Shown: one piece after another, positions 10,372 through 20,058 of the stretch | Position numbering within the stretch: position 1 is the stretch's first letter | Layout: each line of letters opens with the position of its first letter | Assembly (NCBI GenBank): GCA_023384025.1 | Contig: JAHDXX010000001.1 | Coordinates: 1-53,048, forward strand | DNA length: 53,048 bases | Source: Sphingomonadaceae bacterium | GTDB taxonomy: Bacteria; Pseudomonadota; Alphaproteobacteria; Sphingomonadales; Sphingomonadaceae | Reading direction: 5' to 3' | Notes under the pieces: generated by a model | Seen by the model: the letters and a program-made list of their open reading frames with translations, nothing else | Database searches by the model: none | Told to the model about the DNA's origin: nothing | Position numbers and translations under genes: made by a program

Positions 10372-12500
10372 TTCACTCCGCCATCCTTGTCCTGATTGGC
10401 GCGGAAGATCACGTATTCACGGATCGAGTCCATCTGCTCCTTGGTCAGCGACCCGGCGAAGCTCGCCATGCCGTTGTCCTTGAGCAGTCCGTCGTTGACC
10501 ACGGCAAGGAAGGCACCCTTGTCGGCCAGCGTCGCGCTGCGGCGCAGGTCCGGCAGCACGGTCGAGCCGACCGCTGCGGGCGCATGGCACACCGCGCAAT
10601 AGCGGGCATAGAGCTTGCCACCCGCTGCGATCACCTCGGCCTTGGCCCGGCTGGGCGGGGGGTCGAGCGGCAGCTTGGCCAGCGCTGGCATGTCCGGAAG
10701 CTTGGCCTTGCCGCCCAGCTTGAACACCAGCAGGCGGCTGATGTTCTGGACCGGCTTCATTCGGTCGATGATCTCGCCATCGACAGTGATGGCATAGGCG
10801 CCGCCCCAACCGGCCAGCACCGCGACATATTGCTCGCCATTGACGGTGTAGGTGATCGGCGGGGCGACCACCCCGGTCTGGGCGGGGAAGCTCCACAGCT
10901 TCTTGCCGTCCTTGGCGCTGTAGGCGTTGAACTCGCTGCCGGCCGTGCCCTGGAACACCAGCCCACCTCCGGTCGCCAGCAGGCCGCCGTTCCACGGGCC
11001 GGGGTGCGGCACAGTCCAGCGCGCCTTCTGCGCGACCGGATCCCACGCCACCAGCATGCCCTTGAGCGTGCCGGCGATTTGCTTGCGAATGCCGAGATCG
11101 GGCGGCAGGTCGCCTGCGCCCAGATCGAACCCGACGTTGAAGCCGCGCTTGCGATCGGGCTTCCAGTTCGCTTCCGGGGCATAGGCCATCGCCGCCTCGA
11201 AAGCGGGGATGTAGACCAGATTCTCGCCCGGGTGATAGGCCATCGGATGCCAGTTGTGCCCGCCCAGCGCGCCCGGGGTGACGAGCGCTGGCTTGCCGGT
11301 CTTGTCGACGCGTGCTTCGGGATTCTCGATCGGGCGCCCGGTCTTGGGATCGATCCCGCTGGCCCAGTTGACCGTGACATAGGGCTGGGCGCTGATGAAC
11401 TTGCCGGTTTCGCGGTCGATCACGTAGAAAAAGCCGTTCTTCGGCGCCTGCATCAGCACCTTGCGCGGCTTCCCGTCGATTTCCATGTCGGCCAGCATGA
11501 TGTGCTGGGTGGCGGTGTAGTCCCAGGTCTCGCCCGGCGTCGTCTGGTAATGCCACACATATTCGCCGGTCTTGGGCCGGATCGCGACGATGCTGGAGAG
11601 ATAGAGGTTGTCGCCTTCGCCGGTGCCGTCAGCACCCGGGCTGCGATAGGCCCGGTTCCACGGGGACCCGTTGCCGACCCCGATGTAGAGCAGGTCCAGC
11701 TCCGGGTCGTAGGCCATCGAATCCCACACCGTGCCCCCGCCACCGAGGTTCCAGTATTCACCGCTCCACGTTTCCGCCGCCTTCTTGAGGTACTCCGGAT
11801 CATCGTCCGACGGCTCGTCCGGCACGGTGTAGAAGCGCCACAGTTCCTCGCCGTCGGCCGCGTCATAGGCGGCGACATAGCCGCGCACGCCGAATTCCGC
11901 CCCGCCGTTGCCGATGATGACCTTGCCGTCGATCACCCGCGGCGCACCGGTGATGGTGTAGCTCTGGCTCTGGTCGACGGTGACCTTTTCCCATTCGACC
12001 GCGCCGGTTTCACGGTCGAGCGCGATCAGCCGCCCGTCAAGCGTGCCCAGGAACAGGCGGTCGCCCCAGATGGCAAGCCCGCGGTTGACCACGTCGCAGC
12101 ACGCCTTGACCGCAGTCTCGCCCGGCACCTTCGGGTCGTATTCCCACAAGAGCTTGCCGGTGGTCGCATCGAAGGCCTTCACCTTGCTCCATGCGGTGGT
12201 GAGATAGAGCTTGCCGTCGATCACCAGCGGGGTCGCTTCCTGCCCGCGCGCGGTGTCCATGTCGGCCGACCAGGCGAGGCCCAGCTCGCCGACGTTCCCG
12301 GTGTTGATGGAGTCGAGCGGCGCATAGCGCTGCTCCGAATAGGTCCGCCCGTAAGTGAGCCAGTTGGCGGTATCGGCATCGGCGGCGAGCAGCTTCGCCG
12401 CGTCGATCCCGCCTTCGGGCATGGCGTTGTCCTTGCAGCTGCCAAGCGCGAGCGTTGAAGCAGCCAGTGCGAGCGCAGTCGCCCATGCGATCCGTGTCAT
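10368..12500 (-). CDS. PQQ-dependent quinohemoprotein alcohol dehydrogenase (type II), predicted lipoprotein
   Basis: CCDVVNRG vicinal disulfide, NGGAEFGVRG, WDYTAT (no second Asp, so Ca- rather than lanthanide-type), C-terminal CAVCH heme c, lipobox LGSC. ATG at 12500 after GGAG. Confidence 0.95.
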   Translation of the reverse strand: MTRIAWATALALAASTLALGSCKDNAMPEGGIDAAKLLAADADTANWLTYGRTYSEQRYAPLDSINTGNVGELGLAWSADMDTARGQEATPLVIDGKLYLTTAWSKVKAFDATTGKLLWEYDPKVPGETAVKACCDVVNRGLAIWGDRLFLGTLDGRLIALDRETGAVEWEKVTVDQSQSYTITGAPRVIDGKVIIGNGGAEFGVRGYVAAYDAADGEELWRFYTVPDEPSDDDPEYLKKAAETWSGEYWNLGGGGTVWDSMAYDPELDLLYIGVGNGSPWNRAYRSPGADGTGEGDNLYLSSIVAIRPKTGEYVWHYQTTPGETWDYTATQHIMLADMEIDGKPRKVLMQAPKNGFFYVIDRETGKFISAQPYVTVNWASGIDPKTGRPIENPEARVDKTGKPALVTPGALGGHNWHPMAYHPGENLVYIPAFEAAMAYAPEANWKPDRKRGFNVGFDLGAGDLPPDLGIRKQIAGTLKGMLVAWDPVAQKARWTVPHPGPWNGGLLATGGGLVFQGTAGSEFNAYSAKDGKKLWSFPAQTGVVAPPITYTVNGEQYVAVLAGWGGAYAITVDGEIIDRMKPVQNISRLLVFKLGGKAKLPDMPALAKLPLDPPPSRAKAEVIAAGGKLYARYCAVCHAPAAVGSTVLPDLRRSATLADKGAFLAVVNDGLLKDNGMASFAGSLTKEQMDSIREYVIFRANQDKDGGVK

Positions 12501-12651
12501 TGTCTTCTCCCCATCCCCGGCGCGACTCTGCCGGTCGCGCTTTGCAACCTTTCTTGCCTGCTTGGCGAAGACTTGTCCATTGCCCGGTAATGGTGGAACC
12601 TGTGCGCAGGCGTGCCGTTGAGCTGGCACCATAAACGCGGGAGCCGTGACG

Positions 12652-13536
12652 ATGTGCGATGAAGAACAACTGGCGAAGTGGGCGCGCGAAGGCCTCAACC
12701 GGCGACAGTTCGGGGCGCTTGGCGCGATGGCGGTCGCGGGGGCCGCGGCGGCCTGTGCACCGGTCGGTGCCGAGGATGGCCCTGTTACCTTGCCTGCGAT
12801 GGGCGAGAAGGCCGTTTCCTTCCCCACCTCGGCCGGGACAATGGATGCATGGTACGTCTACCCGATGACCAATCCGGCCCCGGCGGTGATCCTGTGGCCC
12901 GACATTGCCGGACTGCGCGAAACCAAGAAGGATATCGCCCGCCGTCTTGCCGGGCGGGGCTATGCAACGCTGGTGCTCAACCAGTATTACCGCGACACGC
13001 CGGCACCGGTCTGGACCGATTTTGCCGACTTTGCCGGAAACGGCGGGTGGGACCGGGCGCGGGCGATGCGCGGCAAGCTTGGCGCGACCGACATCATGGC
13101 CGATGCAAGGGCGGCAGTTGCGTGGCTGGATGCGCAACCGGAAGTCGACTCCAAGCGCGGGATCGGCACGCAGGGCTATTGCATGGGTGGGCCGTTCGCG
13201 GTGTGGACGGCGGCCGCTGAGCCGACCAGGGTCCGGGCTGCCGCGAGCTTCCATGGCGGCGGACTGGTGCGTGATAACGACCGGCTCAGCCCGCATGTGC
13301 AGATGAGCAGCGCCAATGCGGGTTTCCTGATCGCAGTCGCACGGAACGATCACGAGAAGTCGCCCGGCGATACGGCGACATTGGAAAAGCTCGCCCCGAC
13401 GCTCAAGCGCGCGTCAACGGTGAAGGTCCACGATGGCGATCACGGCTGGACCGTGCCGGACAGCCCGGCATATGCGCCCGCAGCCGAAGCTGAGGCGTGG
13501 GACGACCTGATGCAGCTATACGGTGCCAATCTCTAG
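12652..13536 (+). CDS. dienelactone hydrolase family protein with Tat lipoprotein signal
   Basis: GYCMGG nucleophile elbow, ASFHG, DHGW; N-terminal NRRQF...AAAC. Confidence 0.88.
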   Translation: MCDEEQLAKWAREGLNRRQFGALGAMAVAGAAAACAPVGAEDGPVTLPAMGEKAVSFPTSAGTMDAWYVYPMTNPAPAVILWPDIAGLRETKKDIARRLAGRGYATLVLNQYYRDTPAPVWTDFADFAGNGGWDRARAMRGKLGATDIMADARAAVAWLDAQPEVDSKRGIGTQGYCMGGPFAVWTAAAEPTRVRAAASFHGGGLVRDNDRLSPHVQMSSANAGFLIAVARNDHEKSPGDTATLEKLAPTLKRASTVKVHDGDHGWTVPDSPAYAPAAEAEAWDDLMQLYGANL

Positions 13537-13539
13537 GAT

Positions 13540-14085
13540 TCAGACAAACCCGAGTGCGGCGAGCTTGCCGGTGAGGGTGGCTTCGTCGAACGGCTTGACG
13601 ATCCAGTCGTCCGCGCCCGCGCCGATTCCGTGATGGATGTCCTGCGCGGCCGATTTGGAGGTGCAGAACACTACCCGGGTATCGGCGGAGCCCGGCAGTT
13701 CGCGCAGCGCGGCGACGAATTCCGGCCCGGTCATCACCGGCATGTCCCAATCGGTCAGGACCAGGTCGGGCATGGCCGCGCGGCACCGGGCAATCGCTTC
13801 GGCGCCGTCTTCCGCTTCGGTCACGGCGAAGCCATTCTGTTCCATGATTCGGCGGGCAATTTTGCGGATCATGCGCGAATCGTCGACCAGCAGGCAAGTG
13901 GGGGCCGCCGGTTGCGGGGCCGCGCCTGAAGAAGCTGCCTTGGCGGCAGCGACGATCGCGGCCAGATGCTCGTCGGCGCCACTGGCAGCCCGGGATGCGG
14001 GAGCGGGGGATGCCATTTCCGGTGCCGCTGCTGCCGGGGCGTTCTCGACCAGCCGCAGTTCACGCTTGATCAGGTTGTGCATCAT
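13540..14085 (-). CDS. CheY-like response regulator with Ala/Pro-rich N-terminal extension
   Basis: LLVDD, TDWDMP, FCTS and VKPF receiver motifs; ATGA overlap with the upstream ORF. Confidence 0.87.
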   Translation of the reverse strand: MMHNLIKRELRLVENAPAAAAPEMASPAPASRAASGADEHLAAIVAAAKAASSGAAPQPAAPTCLLVDDSRMIRKIARRIMEQNGFAVTEAEDGAEAIARCRAAMPDLVLTDWDMPVMTGPEFVAALRELPGSADTRVVFCTSKSAAQDIHHGIGAGADDWIVKPFDEATLTGKLAALGFV

Positions 14086-14420
14086 GCATTCTCCCGCCGG
14101 GCGACAAGGCTCGCATAGGCGACATGCTGGACGGACGGCGCGGGGCGCGGGGCTGACCGCTGTGCTGCCGGGCGTGCGGGTTCGATCCGCGGCTCCGGTG
14201 GCGGGGCGGCGGCTTCCCCTGCGGTCAGACAGACGTGCAGATAGGGAATCCACACATCCCCGAATTCGGCCTTCTGGTACCACACATCGAGCACATCGTA
14301 GCTCGCCCAGCAGCCATCCGGCTCGCGCAAGCGCAGGCCTTCGCCAATCCGCGGAACTGTCGCAAAGCGCAGCCGCTCCTGCGTCTGGTGGGTCTCGTTC
14401 TGGACTTCGATCTCGATCAC
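14082..14420 (-). CDS. hypothetical protein (112 aa)
   Basis: 3' part of ORF 14082..15842, from GTG (VIEIEVQNETH...YDVLDVWYQKAEFGDVWIPYLHV); its stop overlaps the regulator start (ATGA). Confidence 0.65.
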   Translation of the reverse strand: MIEIEVQNETHQTQERLRFATVPRIGEGLRLREPDGCWASYDVLDVWYQKAEFGDVWIPYLHVCLTAGEAAAPPPEPRIEPARPAAQRSAPRPAPSVQHVAYASLVARRENA

Positions 14421-14534
14421 GGCACCGCCCCGATTGTCTGACCGTGCAGGGCTAGCGGCAAATCCTTGCCGAATTGCAAAGCCCGCCGCGTACGCTAGGA
14501 TGCAGCGACTGATTGCATGGGAGGGCCAGCGGCC

Positions 14535-15530
14535 ATGTTCGAATTGCTCGTCGCCATCGTATTCCTGACGGTGGTGTTCATGATCATGGGCGTGCGCGTC
14601 GTCCGCCAGGGCTTCGTCTACACGATCGAGCGGCTCGGGCGGTTCCACCTCGCCGCACAACCGGGGCTGCATGTGATCATCCCGTTCGTTGACCGGGTGG
14701 GCCAGAAGGTCAACATGATGGAGCAGGTGCTCGACATCCCGGGCCAGGAAATCATCACCCGCGACAACGCGATGGTCGGGGTCGATGCCGTGGTGTTCTT
14801 CCAGGTGCTCGACGCTGGCAAGGCGGCCTATGAAGTCGCCAACCTCTACACCGCGATCATGGCGCTCACCACGACCAACCTGCGTACCGTGATGGGCAGC
14901 ATGGACCTCGACGAGACGCTGTCGAAGCGCGACGAGATCAACGCCCGGTTGCTGAGCGTGGTCGACCATGCGACCTCGCCCTGGGGGGTCAAGATCACCC
15001 GCGTCGAGATCAAGGATATCCGCCCGCCGATGGATATCTCCGAGGCGATGGCACGGCAGATGAAGGCCGAACGCCTCAAGCGTGCAGAAATCCTCGAAGC
15101 CGAGGGTGCCCGCGCCAGCCAGATACTGCGCGCAGAAGGCGAAAAACAGTCTGCGATCCTCGAAGCCGAAGGCCGCCGTGAAGCCGCCTTCCGCGACGCC
15201 GAAGCCCGCGAACGCGAAGCCGAGGCCGAAGCCAAGGCAACCCAGATGGTCAGCGATGCGATCGCCACGTCCGGGGTGCAGGCGATCAACTACTTCGTGG
15301 CGCAGGAATACACCAAGGCGATCGGCAAGTTTGCCGACAGCAAGAACGCCAAGACCATCCTGTTCCCGGTCGAGGCAACCCAGCTGATCGGCTCGCTCGG
15401 CGGGATCGGTGAGCTGGTCAAGGAAGCGGTCAACCCGTCGTCCCCGCCGCAAGTTCCGCCGCCGGCCCGTCCGCCGCAGCAGCGCCCACCGGCGCGTCCC
15501 GGCGTGCCGCCTGCCGGGGGTGAACGCTGA
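14535..15530 (+). CDS. SPFH/band 7 (QmcA-like) membrane protein
   Basis: ERLGRF, QEIITRDNA, LRTVMGSMDLDETLSKRDEIN, WGVKITRVEIKDI, coiled coil; adjacent to NfeD. Confidence 0.93.
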   Translation: MFELLVAIVFLTVVFMIMGVRVVRQGFVYTIERLGRFHLAAQPGLHVIIPFVDRVGQKVNMMEQVLDIPGQEIITRDNAMVGVDAVVFFQVLDAGKAAYEVANLYTAIMALTTTNLRTVMGSMDLDETLSKRDEINARLLSVVDHATSPWGVKITRVEIKDIRPPMDISEAMARQMKAERLKRAEILEAEGARASQILRAEGEKQSAILEAEGRREAAFRDAEAREREAEAEAKATQMVSDAIATSGVQAINYFVAQEYTKAIGKFADSKNAKTILFPVEATQLIGSLGGIGELVKEAVNPSSPPQVPPPARPPQQRPPARPGVPPAGGER

Positions 15531-15976
15531 TGGACTGGCTTGGCGATGTGCAGCCGCACTGGCTGTGGCTGGCGCTGGGCCTGTTCCTCGCCGGCGCAGA
15601 GATCCTGGTCCCGGGCTTTTTCCTGATCTGGCTGGCGGGTGCGGCACTGCTGACCGGGCTGCTGGTATGGCTGGTCCCTGTCGGGATGCCATTGCAGGTG
15701 CTGTTCTTTGCGGTGGTCGCCTTTGCCGCCGTGCTGGCCGGGCGGCGGATGCTGCGCGATCACCCGATGGAGGAACTCGACCCCAAGATGAACCGCCGCG
15801 GCGAACGGCTCGCAGGAGAAACCGCGGTTGTCGTGCAGGCAATCGAGGCCGGGCAGGGCCGGGTGCGGCACGGCGACAGCGAATGGCTCGCGCGCGGCAC
15901 CGATGCAGCGGTGGGCGCGCGGGTGCGGATCACCGGCAGTGACGGGGCGGTCTTGCTCGTGGAGCCTATCGGCTGA
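15530..15976 (+). CDS. NfeD-family protein
   Basis: AEILVPGFFLIW, GRVRHGDSEWLARG OB-fold; TGATG coupling to the SPFH gene. Confidence 0.9.
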   Translation: MDWLGDVQPHWLWLALGLFLAGAEILVPGFFLIWLAGAALLTGLLVWLVPVGMPLQVLFFAVVAFAAVLAGRRMLRDHPMEELDPKMNRRGERLAGETAVVVQAIEAGQGRVRHGDSEWLARGTDAAVGARVRITGSDGAVLLVEPIG

Positions 15977-18020
15977 AGCCGGTGCGGTCCGGCTCCAGCA
16001 CCTCCAGCAGGACAGGCTCGACCACTTTGACGAAATGCTGCGCGCCCGCCACGCTCAGGTGATGGGCATCGCGATAGAGCAGCTGGCCGAACGGTGCGGG
16101 ATCGCAATGGCTGCTGTTGCACATGACCTGCTCTGCGTGGAACACGCTTATCGCCGGGTTGGCCGCCATCACCCGATCCTGCAAACGGTGAAACCGCGCC
16201 CGTTCGGGTGAAGTGATGTCATCGCGTTCACGGCAGCTGCCTTCTCCCCTGTCGAACATCCGGGCGCGCGCCACGCAATTGCGCGGTGACAGGTGGAACT
16301 CGCCAACCTGATCGAACAGGATCACCGGGATGCCCCTGCCGGTCGGTCCGGCGGCGGCGCGCAGGATCCCCTCGGCCATGAGGTCGTCCGACTGCGGAGC
16401 GTCGGCCTTGCGGCCGTCAGGCATGCTGAGCCAGCGGTCCTCTGCATCCTTCCACTGCGGCGACAGGAAAGATGTCCAGCGGCCTGCCAGGATCACCAGC
16501 TTCAGATCGTCGATTTGCGCCAGGCGATGAGGCATGGCCTGGTTGAATTCCATGCAGGCCTGGCCAATCGGGCCGCCTTCGAGCAGGATCGAAAGCCTGA
16601 TGCCGGGAAGCGGCGGGCAGGATCTCGCGCTCGCCAGAACCACGTCGTAACCGCGCGCAGTCATGGCTACGGCGACTGCCGGCGCGAAATGCCCTGCGTG
16701 GGAATCGCCCCACAGCACGATTGTGCCTTTCGCATTGCCGCTTGCGCTGTACCGGCAGTCACCGGGACCGTGCTTGACACACTCCAGCAGGTCGGCCGCG
16801 GCCCCCCCTTCACGGTCGGTGCGCAGGACCGCATCGCCAACCCGCCCGGGCAAGCCGTTGCTCCACACAAACAGCTGTCCGATGGCGATCACGGGCATGC
16901 AGGCCAGCAAGGCAAATGCCAGCCTCCGACCAACTCTTGCGCGGGGTCCGCGCCGCCGAAGCGGTTGCTCGACCAGGCGCCAGCTCAGTGCTGCAAGAGC
17001 GATGGAGAGGGTGGCGAGCCCGGCGGCCTCCACCAGTTCCAGCGGTCGCCCCACCCACAGGCGGGCGAATGCCAGAACCGGCCAGTGCCACAGGTAGAGC
17101 GAATAGCTGATCAGCCCGATCCCCACCATCGGCCTGATGGACAGCATCCTGCTGACAAGGTTGTCCGGAGCGACCGTGCCCGCCCAGATCAGCATCGCGG
17201 CGCCCAGCACCGGGGGCACTGCCGTGAGGCCGGGAAAGACCGTGCCTTTGCCATACGTCATTGTCGGCCAGACGATCAGCGCCAGAGCCAGCACGGCAAT
17301 GACGCTGGCCATGGCGGCGGAGTGGCTTGGCCGGATGAGGCCGCGTGCAGCGAGCAGGGCAAGCAGGGCGCCCGTGCCGAGTTCCCACATGCGCGGCGGC
17401 AACAGATAGAAGGCTGCCGACGAGGGCCAGTTGACCAGAAACTGCTGTAGCCACAGCGAACCCGCCACCATCATGGCAACCGCTGCGAGGATCAGCCCGC
17501 GCGCGTGCGCCTGCCCGAACCGGCGCAAGGCAACCCAGGCGAGCCACAGGCCTGCCGGGAAGACGAGGTAGAACTGTTCCTCCACCCCGAGTGACCATGC
17601 GTGCAGAAGCACGCGGGTAGAGGCTTCCTGCCCGAAGTATCCGGCGGTGGCCCACCCCTGGAAATTCATCCCGAACAGGGCGGTGGCAGTCAGATCCTCG
17701 CCCAGCAGCACCAGTTCGCGGGGTGTCAGCATGACAAAGCCGATACCTGCTACAGTCATCAGCATGACAACAAGTGCTGGCAGAAGCCGGCTGGCGCGGC
17801 GTTCGAAGAAATCGACCAGCGAGAAGCTGCCGGCTTCGATCCGGCCCATGACCAGACCAGTGATCAGGAATCCGGAGATAACGAAGAAAACGTCGACCCC
17901 GACAAATCCCCCCTGGAATCCGGGAATTTCCGCATGGGCCAGCAGCACGGCCAGAATGGCAACAGCGCGCAGGCCGTCGATGTCGCAGCGGTAGGGGATG
18001 GTGGGTCCGGGTGCGCTCAT
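15966..18020 (-). CDS. acyltransferase-3 plus SGNH domain O-acyltransferase (OafA-like)
   Basis: DIDGLRAVA, GVDVFFVISGFLIT, HAWSLGVEEQFY, SYSLYLWHWP; SGNH motifs WGDSHA and YRDAHHL. Confidence 0.92.
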   Translation of the reverse strand: MSAPGPTIPYRCDIDGLRAVAILAVLLAHAEIPGFQGGFVGVDVFFVISGFLITGLVMGRIEAGSFSLVDFFERRASRLLPALVVMLMTVAGIGFVMLTPRELVLLGEDLTATALFGMNFQGWATAGYFGQEASTRVLLHAWSLGVEEQFYLVFPAGLWLAWVALRRFGQAHARGLILAAVAMMVAGSLWLQQFLVNWPSSAAFYLLPPRMWELGTGALLALLAARGLIRPSHSAAMASVIAVLALALIVWPTMTYGKGTVFPGLTAVPPVLGAAMLIWAGTVAPDNLVSRMLSIRPMVGIGLISYSLYLWHWPVLAFARLWVGRPLELVEAAGLATLSIALAALSWRLVEQPLRRRGPRARVGRRLAFALLACMPVIAIGQLFVWSNGLPGRVGDAVLRTDREGGAAADLLECVKHGPGDCRYSASGNAKGTIVLWGDSHAGHFAPAVAVAMTARGYDVVLASARSCPPLPGIRLSILLEGGPIGQACMEFNQAMPHRLAQIDDLKLVILAGRWTSFLSPQWKDAEDRWLSMPDGRKADAPQSDDLMAEGILRAAAGPTGRGIPVILFDQVGEFHLSPRNCVARARMFDRGEGSCRERDDITSPERARFHRLQDRVMAANPAISVFHAEQVMCNSSHCDPAPFGQLLYRDAHHLSVAGAQHFVKVVEPVLLEVLEPDRTGFSR

Positions 18021-18084
18021 GGCTGTCGGTGCGGCGCACGGCCGGGCGGGCAGGGCGCGGGCCCGGCTCGTGGCGCGGTGCGCG

Positions 18085-19032
18085 TCAGGCCAGTTTGGCC
18101 CGGTTGGTAAAGCGCCCGTACTTGCGATAGCGCTCCATCCACCGGTCAAGGTAAAGGCCGAGTGGACGAGGTTCGATCCCGAAGGCCGCAAAGCCGGGCT
18201 GGGTGCCGCCGGGGACACTTCCTTCCTTCAGCATGATCCACTGATCGCGCCCCATCGGTGTGCCAGGCAGGGCAGCGAACACGGCCGACGCCGCGTCAGG
18301 CATCGGGATGAACAGCCGCTGGCGCCCCTGCGCTGCGGCGATGCGCTGGTTGAGCGCGAGCATGGTCACCACTTCCGGGCCACCGAGTTCGTACGTCCTG
18401 CCGCCATGCTTCGCCGGGTTTTCCAGTGCCAGGGCAACAGCATCGGCGAGGTCGTCGACGAGCAAGGGTTGCAGCCGGGCCTCAGGGCCAAACACCGGCA
18501 GGGCCGGTGCAAGGCGGATCATTCCGGCAAACATGTTGATGAACGTGTCGTCCTCGCCGAACACAACCGATGGGCGCAGGATGGTCGCAGTCGGAAAAGC
18601 GTCGAGCACCAGCTTTTCGCCCAGCGCCTTGGCCCGGGCATAGCCTGATTCGCTCTCCGCGTCGGCGCCGATCGCGCTGACATGGACCATGGCCCGGGCT
18701 CCTCCGGCGGCAGCTAGGCGGGCGATCCGTCCAGCGGCCTCGCCCATCAGTGCGCGCAAGTCGCCGTTGAATGCGCCAACCAGATTGACCGCGGCATCGG
18801 CCTGGTAGAGCGCGCCCGCCACGGCGGCCTCGTCGCGGATGTCGCAGCGCAGGAACTGGATCTGGCCGAGGTTGGCCAGCGGCTTGAGCTTGAGCGCGCG
18901 CTCGGGATTGCGGCTGGCTATCCGCACCCGCGCCCCGCGCGCGAGCAGCGCCTGGGCGACATGTGCGCCAAGAAATCCACTGCCGCCGAAAATGGTGATT
19001 ACGCGATCCTGCAGGGAGCCTGTCTGTGCCAT
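18085..19032 (-). CDS. complex I NDUFA9-like NAD(P)-binding protein
   Basis: FGGSGFLG, HVSAIGAD, YARAK, ILRPSVVFG. Confidence 0.88.
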   Translation of the reverse strand: MAQTGSLQDRVITIFGGSGFLGAHVAQALLARGARVRIASRNPERALKLKPLANLGQIQFLRCDIRDEAAVAGALYQADAAVNLVGAFNGDLRALMGEAAGRIARLAAAGGARAMVHVSAIGADAESESGYARAKALGEKLVLDAFPTATILRPSVVFGEDDTFINMFAGMIRLAPALPVFGPEARLQPLLVDDLADAVALALENPAKHGGRTYELGGPEVVTMLALNQRIAAAQGRQRLFIPMPDAASAVFAALPGTPMGRDQWIMLKEGSVPGGTQPGFAAFGIEPRPLGLYLDRWMERYRKYGRFTNRAKLA

Positions 19033-19150
19033 AAGTCGCCCGGATTTAAGTTTGCCGTTCACCGGGGCCGCGCAGCGCGACCCCGCATGCCGCGCCCATG
19101 CCTCAAGCGGGGCATACGCGCAACCGGTGCGATAGTTGCGCGAAACCGCA

Positions 19151-19180
19151 TTGACAGCCCCGCCCCCGCTTCGCTAGTGG
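19151..19180 (+). promoter_or_regulatory. sigma70-type promoter for tRNA-Leu
   Basis: Perfect TTGACA at 19151 with a GCTAGT -10-like element about 17 nt downstream, 50 nt before the tRNA. Confidence 0.5.
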
Positions 19181-19229
19181 CGCGCTCCTACCCGCGGCCC
19201 GGACTTAGACGACCGGTTCCCGCATGTGT

Positions 19230-19316
19230 GCCCAGATGGCGGAATTGGTAGACGCACCGTCTTCAGGTGGCGGCGCTCGCAAGGGCGTGGAGGTTCGAGT
19301 CCTCTTCTGGGCACCA
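19230..19316 (+). tRNA. tRNA-Leu(CAG)
   Basis: GCCCAGA/TCTGGGC acceptor stem, D-arm GGCGGAATTGGTAGACGC, anticodon arm CCGTC-TTCAGGT-GGCGG, long variable arm, GGTTCGAGTCC T-arm, encoded CCA. Confidence 0.97.
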
Positions 19317-19369
19317 GTCAACCACTTTATCGTGCTGGTTCTGCACGATAAAGTGGGATTTCTGAAAAT

Positions 19370-19394
19370 ATGATCCCACATTCGTTCCCACAAA
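19370..19394 (+). repeat. 25-bp direct repeat copy 1 (putative integrase arm sites)
   Basis: ATGATCCCACATTCGTTCCCACAAA, identical at 36434-36458; contains tandem TCCCACA. Confidence 0.8.
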
Positions 19395-19486
19395 GTGGGT
19401 GGGTTCGCATGAGAAGTCGTGATTTGTAGAGAGATGAATCTCGATCCTGATTGGGGCTTCGATTACGTCCACGCGTTGAGGGCCTA

Positions 19487-20047
19487 TCAACCGCGTAGGA
19501 GTCTCTTCTCTAGCTTATTGGCCTCATCGGCAACTCGCCGCTCTAGAGCGTCGACGAATATTCCTTCTAAGTTTCTCAAAAAACCAAGAGTTTGGAAATC
19601 CGGGTAATGCTCAACAAGACCGGCTAGCGGCGAGAAATCTTCCTCATCCATCGCCATAACTTTGAAATACCATGATGTACGAGACAGATCATCAATTCTG
19701 CTATCGGTGAAGGTTTTGAATACGTTACTCGAAATTTGCCTGCGCTTACGCACGGGCTTTTCCAGCTCCTCCAATATATCAATGATTTGACGTCTCTCGA
19801 GATCAGTCAGCGATATGATTCCAGAAAGGGTCGAAAAAATCGATTCGGCCATAAACCTTAGACCGTAGAGGTTTTTGCGATCTCTCTCTAATTGGGCTTC
19901 AATGTTTTCGACCCTCTTAAGTCCGCGCCAAAACTGTATGGCAACGAGGAGCCCAATGAGAGTCAGCACTAACGTAGCGACCGTTCCAACGATCCCGGTG
20001 ACAACCGCGATGCTGTCTGCGAGGCTGCTATCTCCATTCGGCTGCAT
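19487..20047 (-). CDS. hypothetical protein with N-terminal transmembrane helix
   Basis: 186-aa ORF in AT-rich DNA; IAVVTGIVGTVATLVLTLIGLLVAIQFW followed by a charged helical region; starts 11 nt after the receiver gene. Confidence 0.75.
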   Translation of the reverse strand: MQPNGDSSLADSIAVVTGIVGTVATLVLTLIGLLVAIQFWRGLKRVENIEAQLERDRKNLYGLRFMAESIFSTLSGIISLTDLERRQIIDILEELEKPVRKRRQISSNVFKTFTDSRIDDLSRTSWYFKVMAMDEEDFSPLAGLVEHYPDFQTLGFLRNLEGIFVDALERRVADEANKLEKRLLRG

Positions 20048-20058
20048 TTCGGTTCCCG

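Noticed and set aside
11515-11530. Possible lanthanide-dependent ADH
   Set aside because: Active-site motif is WDYT, lacking the extra Asp (DxD) of XoxF/ExaF/PedH types.
10584-12458. 624-aa plus-strand ORF
   Set aside because: Antisense shadow of the PQQ ADH gene.
14421-15842. N-terminal part of the 586-aa minus-strand ORF
   Set aside because: Antisense to SPFH/NfeD; only the last 112 codons look like a real gene.
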